Source: a bacterium | Lineage (GTDB): Bacteria; SZUA-182; DTGQ01 | DNA length: 30,749 nt | Direction: 5' to 3' | Assembly: GCA_040752695.1 (NCBI GenBank) | Contig: JBFMGO010000077.1 | Span: 1-30,749, forward strand | Part shown: positions 26,611 to 30,749 of the stretch, piece after piece | Layout: every line of letters begins with the position of its first letter | Numbering within the stretch: the stretch's first letter is position 1 | Notes under the pieces: model-generated | What the model saw: the letters and a program-made list of their open reading frames with translations, nothing else | The model's database searches: none | What the model was told of the DNA's origin: nothing | Made by a program: the position numbers and the translations under genes

Positions 26611-27336
26611 GACTTCTTTCCTGGACTTGCCCAGATATGCCCGGACAATTTCCTGATTTCCCAGGACAGTATCCGCCTTTTCCTGCAGCACAACCTTACC
26701 AGTCTCCAGCACATAAGCCCGGTCAGCAATTTTAAGGGCCTTGGTGGCATTTTGCTCTACCAAAAGGATCGTGGTTCCCCGCTGGCGCAATTTTGCCACT
26801 ACCTGCATGATTTCATTGACGATCTTTGGTGCCAGACCCATCGATGGCTCATCCAGAAGCAGCAGCCTGGGGGATGACATCAGGGCCCGGCCGATAGCCA
26901 GCATCTGGGCCTCGCCTCCGCTTAAATTGCCGGCTGGCAGGTGCCTGCGCGCGAGCAGGGGTGGGAAAAGCGAGAAAACATCATCGAGGTCCTGCTCGAT
27001 GGTTCTCTTCCTTACCTTGCCAAACCGGTGGTAGGCCCCCAGTTTTAAATTATCTACGACGCTTAAGGGATTAAATACCTGCCTCCCTTCAGGAACATGA
27101 CTGATTCCGCATTGAACGATTTTGTGAGGACGAACACGGGTAATATTCCGCTTCTCAAAAATGACTTCGCCTTCCATATTCTTCATAAGGCCGCAAATCA
27201 GGTTCAGCAGTGTGGTCTTGCCTGCGCCGTTGGCGCCAAGGAGGGTGACGATCTCTCCCGGAGAAACATGGAGGGAGACGTTTTTCAAAACGTGCACCTG
27301 ATCATAATAAGCATTAATACTCGTGAGCTTCAGCAT
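26602..27336 (-). CDS. livF: HAAT (Liv-type) ABC transporter ATP-binding protein
   Basis: GANGAGKTT, HVPEGRQVF, LSGGEAQML, LLLLDEPSMGLAP, LLVEQN. Confidence 0.93.
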   Translation of the reverse strand: MLKLTSINAYYDQVHVLKNVSLHVSPGEIVTLLGANGAGKTTLLNLICGLMKNMEGEVIFEKRNITRVRPHKIVQCGISHVPEGRQVFNPLSVVDNLKLGAYHRFGKVRKRTIEQDLDDVFSLFPPLLARRHLPAGNLSGGEAQMLAIGRALMSSPRLLLLDEPSMGLAPKIVNEIMQVVAKLRQRGTTILLVEQNATKALKIADRAYVLETGKVVLQEKADTVLGNQEIVRAYLGKSRKEVWE

Positions 27337-28106
27337 GCTTCGAGATCTTCCATTTCGCCCAGGTAGGCGGCAATTACTTTCGGATTAGCCTGAATATTCC
27401 GTGGGACATCCTCGGCAATCTTCTGACCGTATTCCAGGACGAGAATCTCGTCCGAGATCTCCATGACCAGTTCCATGTCGTGCTCTACCACCATCATGGC
27501 TATCCCCCGCTTCCGGATTTGAAAAATCAACTCCGCCAACTGACCGGTTTCTTTGGTATTGAGACCCGCGGCGGGCTCATCCAGAAGCATGAGCCTGGGG
27601 TCTGTGGCCAGGGCCCGTGCAATCTCAAGAAGCCGCTGATGCCCGAAGGGGAGATTGACTGCCGCTGTATGGGCCTTGTCCTTTAGTCCCACGAAGGCGA
27701 GGGTCTCCATGGCCTGCTCACGGATCTTTTTCTCCTCGGCCCGCATACCGGGAAATCGAAGGGCAGAGGCCAAAAAGCCACTGTGGGACCGGACATGCCG
27801 ACCCATCATGACATGTTCAAGAACCGTCATGGTGTGAAACAACTGGATGTTCTGAAAGGTCCGCACCAGTCCCATTTCAGCGATGCGGTAGGGGCTTTGG
27901 CCCGTAATCCTCTTTCCCCCAAACGTGATCTCGCCTGAGGAGGAAGGAATAATTCCGCTGATGACATTATAGACGGTGGTCTTGCCTGCACCATTAGGGC
28001 CGATGAACCCCTTAATACTCATTGGCTTGACCGTAAAACTTAAATTTTGAATGGCATGTACGCCGCCAAAATCCTTTCCGAGGTTTTTTACTTCAAGTAG
28101 TGACAT
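27330..28106 (-). CDS. livG: HAAT (Liv-type) ABC transporter ATP-binding protein
   Basis: GPNGAGKTT, RTFQNIQLF, LPFGHQRLLEIARAL, LDEPAAG, VEHDM, VIAAYLG. Confidence 0.93.
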   Translation of the reverse strand: MSLLEVKNLGKDFGGVHAIQNLSFTVKPMSIKGFIGPNGAGKTTVYNVISGIIPSSSGEITFGGKRITGQSPYRIAEMGLVRTFQNIQLFHTMTVLEHVMMGRHVRSHSGFLASALRFPGMRAEEKKIREQAMETLAFVGLKDKAHTAAVNLPFGHQRLLEIARALATDPRLMLLDEPAAGLNTKETGQLAELIFQIRKRGIAMMVVEHDMELVMEISDEILVLEYGQKIAEDVPRNIQANPKVIAAYLGEMEDLEAC

Positions 28107-28204
28107 AGCGTTAATCCACGTTGTTTTTTCATCTATTTTGGCCCGCTCCCTAACCTTGTGCCTCTTTGAATCACCAGTGCCTTTATGCCCCTTGAATCAC
28201 CGGG

Positions 28205-29191
28205 TTATCGAATCACCGGGCCTTGCCGAATCTTCTTCCAGCATCCGCCTATTGCCTTGCTTATGCCCTGAGGCATAAAGATAATAGCCAGAATCAGAAC
28301 CAGCCCATAAATCAGGATATCGCATTCGGCAAATATATCCAGAAACTGGGGCAGCATACTCAGAATGGAAGCACCCAAAAGCCCGCCCCAGATACTGCTC
28401 ATTCCGCCGATAACGCCCATGGTCACCAGCCGGATCGAATAGTTCAGCCCGAAATCAGGCGGGCATAGAAAAGTTGAATAATGGGCAAAAATGCTGCCTC
28501 CGATTCCGGCATAAATAGCGCTGAGAACAAAAACCTGCGTTTTATAGTGTGCAATATTTACACCAATGGAATGAGCAGCCACTTCGCTGGAATGGATAGC
28601 CCGCAAGGCCCTGCCCACCCGCGAATCAACCAGATTGAGGGCCAGATAAACCAGCACCAGGGTCACTATCCAGGTGAAATAATAATAATTGATTTCTTTC
28701 AGGTCACGGCTGTTCATGACATAGCCCAGAAGATGCAGTTTGGCAACACTGATGCCCTCTGAGCCTCCGGTAATCGGCAGGTTGCTGAAAAGGGCTGAAA
28801 AAATCATCCCCATGCCAAGAGTGGCCATGGCCAGATAATGGCCCTTTAATTTTAAAATGGGCTCAGCCAGAAAATAGGCTATCACGGCATTCAGACCGAT
28901 GGACAGGGCAAACCCGAGTAAGGGAGAAAGGCCAAAGTTCGTGGTGACAATAGCGGAAGAGTAGGCACCCACGCCGAAAAAGGCGGCGTGCCCCAGGGAA
29001 ATCTGCCCTGCGTAGCCCATGAGCAGATTCAGGCCAACCACCACTATGCTGTTGATTCCGGCCAGCACCAGCACACTGATGTAGTAATCGCCAGCATCAA
29101 ACCGGCCGAGAACCAGAGGGAGAGCCAGTATCAGCAAGGCGAAAAGGAGAAAGTGAATCCGCTCGATCTTTTCCAGAATTCTACCGATCAT
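28205..29191 (-). CDS. livM: HAAT ABC transporter permease
   Basis: GLNLLMGYAGQISLGHAAFFGVGAY, LKGHYLAMATLG, SRVGRALRAI; ATG 29191 overlaps the livH stop (TAATG). Confidence 0.92.
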   Translation of the reverse strand: MIGRILEKIERIHFLLFALLILALPLVLGRFDAGDYYISVLVLAGINSIVVVGLNLLMGYAGQISLGHAAFFGVGAYSSAIVTTNFGLSPLLGFALSIGLNAVIAYFLAEPILKLKGHYLAMATLGMGMIFSALFSNLPITGGSEGISVAKLHLLGYVMNSRDLKEINYYYFTWIVTLVLVYLALNLVDSRVGRALRAIHSSEVAAHSIGVNIAHYKTQVFVLSAIYAGIGGSIFAHYSTFLCPPDFGLNYSIRLVTMGVIGGMSSIWGGLLGASILSMLPQFLDIFAECDILIYGLVLILAIIFMPQGISKAIGGCWKKIRQGPVIR

Positions 29192-30072
29192 TAAACTCTC
29201 TCCCCGCTTCTGATAAAGAGTATCCCCTGCGGCCGCATCAAGAGCACAGCCAAAAGAATGCAAAAAGAAATGGCATTTTTATAGCTGGAGGAGATCAAGC
29301 CGGCTCCAAGCTCCTCGACCACACCCAGAACGAAGCCGCCGACTATGGCCCCTACATTGTTGCCGAGCCCTCCGACAATAGCTGCGCAAAATCCTTTGAG
29401 CCCGTACGTGACACCGGTATCGTATTTCATCCCGAAAGGAGCCAGCGCCCCGCCCGCTATGGCGCCCAGTGCAGCACTGAATCCGAATGAGAGAACGACC
29501 ATGGTCTGAACATTAATACCTACCAGACTGGAGGCCTTTTTATTGGCTGCACAGGCAGTCATGGCCTTTCCGTAGAGGGTCTTTTCATAGAACAGGTGCA
29601 GACCTCCCATCGCCAGCAGGGCAAGAGCCAGAATCCACACATACTGCCGGTCGAGAATTGCGCTGAAGAACCGGTAAGGCTCACCGGGTGAGAAAAATGG
29701 AACGAATTGATCATGCCGCCCCCAGATGACCATGACTGTCCCCCGGAAAAAGATCGATGCCCCGATCGTAGCCATGATCTGGGTGACTACACTGCTTTCC
29801 TGAAGAGGACGAATCATGAGCACTTCCATCAGGATGCCGATTATAGCCACCGTCAGTACGGCCAATCCGAAAGAAACTGCCAGGTTCATGTGTGCATGCT
29901 GGTAAAAAGTTGACATAAAAACCGCACCCAGCATCACAAACTCACCCTGAGCGAAATTAATGATGTCTGTTGATTTGTAAATGATGGTAAACCCTAAAGC
30001 GATAAGGGCGTAAATCCCTCCATTGGTAATGCCGTTAACCAGATACTGAAGGAGTTGATCAGCAAAATTCAT
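29191..30072 (-). CDS. livH: HAAT ABC transporter permease
   Basis: NGITNGGIYALIALGFTIIY..INFAQGEF, KTLYGKAM, LKGFCAAIVGGLG, LMRPQGI; ATG 30072 preferred because the longer N-terminus merely translates a hairpin. Confidence 0.92.
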   Translation of the reverse strand: MNFADQLLQYLVNGITNGGIYALIALGFTIIYKSTDIINFAQGEFVMLGAVFMSTFYQHAHMNLAVSFGLAVLTVAIIGILMEVLMIRPLQESSVVTQIMATIGASIFFRGTVMVIWGRHDQFVPFFSPGEPYRFFSAILDRQYVWILALALLAMGGLHLFYEKTLYGKAMTACAANKKASSLVGINVQTMVVLSFGFSAALGAIAGGALAPFGMKYDTGVTYGLKGFCAAIVGGLGNNVGAIVGGFVLGVVEELGAGLISSSYKNAISFCILLAVLLMRPQGILFIRSGERV

Positions 30073-30105
30073 GAGTTTTGAGCTTTCATTCGATGAGCCT
30101 ATCTG

Positions 30106-30152
30106 AAAAATACCTCCTCCCCCTTTTCCAAAAAAGGATGGAGGTTTTTTTA
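30106..30152 (-). terminator. Terminator-like or REP-like hairpin after the Rpn-like gene
   Basis: Minus strand ACCTCC ATCCTTTT TTGG AAAAGGGGGA GGAGGT followed by ATTTTT; T-run also on the + side. Confidence 0.55.
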
Positions 30153-30180
30153 ACATAGGATCCTATCTTGGGATAGACGC

Positions 30181-30749
30181 TTAGCCGATAAGTAATTCTT
30201 CTATCTCTTTTACGGTAGTGGCTATTCTTATTGCCTCTTTAATGGCATCAAGTCTGGTTATATCCTTTTCTTTTTCTATCCTCGGTAACAGCTTTAATCC
30301 CTCTAAGCCGAATTTCAATTCCATCCCCAATTTGATAGCTTCGATAAGCCCTTCCAGCCTTCCTTTCTCAATGCCTTTCTCTATGCCCTTCTCTATGCCT
30401 TCCAGCCTCCCTTTCTCAATGCCTTTCTCTATGCCCTTCTCTATGCCTTCCAGCCTCCCTTTCTCAATGCCTTTTTCTATGCCTTCCAGCCTTCCCCTCT
30501 CTATGCCCTTCTCAATCCCTTTTTCCATGCCTTCCTGAAAGATTTCCTGTCCTGCCCTGGTCTTGGCCAGATCAAAGTCTAACATTTGTATTACCTCCTC
30601 TCGTGATAGATCCCGAAATCGATTCAGAAGAAACAAAGCCAGAACGTTGAGAACGTCCTGGTGATGATGCTTCGGATAGACCCTATAGGCTGTATCCACC
30701 CATATACGGCTTCGATCCATGAGCTCATCTTTGGCAACTCCCTTTTGAA
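30181..30749 (-). CDS. Rpn/DUF2887-like protein, C-terminal part (5' end outside the window)
   Basis: Frame stays open to the window edge; RF.DLSREEVIQML.....TR..QEIFQEG followed by G(I/R)(E/L)(K/E) tetrad repeats and LELKFG-type tail (MELKFG). Confidence 0.75.
   Translation of the reverse strand, partial: QKGVAKDELMDRSRIWVDTAYRVYPKHHHQDVLNVLALFLLNRFRDLSREEVIQMLDFDLAKTRAGQEIFQEGMEKGIEKGIERGRLEGIEKGIEKGRLEGIEKGIEKGIEKGRLEGIEKGIEKGIEKGRLEGLIEAIKLGMELKFGLEGLKLLPRIEKEKDITRLDAIKEAIRIATTVKEIEELLIG
30352..30531 (-). repeat. Fifteen 12-bp in-frame repeats (GIEK/GRLE)
   Basis: GMEK GIEK GIER GRLE GIEK GIEK GRLE GIEK GIEK GIEK GRLE GIEK GIEK GIEK GRLE. Confidence 0.95.

Noticed and set aside
30073..30156. 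28-aa N-terminal extension of livH
   Set aside because: It translates the hairpin at 30106-30152; LivH similarity begins at MNFADQ
30218..30538. (MPFS)n + strand ORF
   Set aside because: Antisense shadow of the GIEK repeats

Overview
Bacterial chromosomal window, almost entirely minus-strand, with gene content typical of a diderm (the taxon cannot be fixed from sequence alone). Left to right it holds: an acidic lipoprotein; a DUF3782-type coiled-coil PD-(D/E)XK protein; an MFS transporter; a secreted Zn-dependent phospholipase C-like protein; a GNAT plus M20 peptidase pair; NAD-dependent DNA ligase (ligA); an 11-gene type II secretion operon transcribed E-F-G-H-I-J-K-L-M-C-D, with no prepilin peptidase in the window; a signal-peptide protein built on a 121-aa ([13 protein letters not shown])n array; an ~870-bp regulatory region with a sigma54-type promoter; a DUF433/DUF5615 toxin-antitoxin pair; a PaaK-family CoA ligase with livFGMH; and an edge-truncated Rpn/DUF2887-like gene. 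The best candidate for an undescribed system is the exported Gly/Tyr/Leu repeat protein, which resembles the GGLY modules of animal structural proteins, placed directly upstream of an atypical T2SS. That T2SS has a lipoprotein secretin lacking one N-domain, a Pro/Gly/aromatic tail in place of the GspC PDZ domain, and a degenerate MshEN domain. A second unexplained pattern is that at least five unrelated genes have their own 3' end echoed as degenerate tandem copies just past the stop codon. Family calls come from motif recognition by eye; no searches were run.
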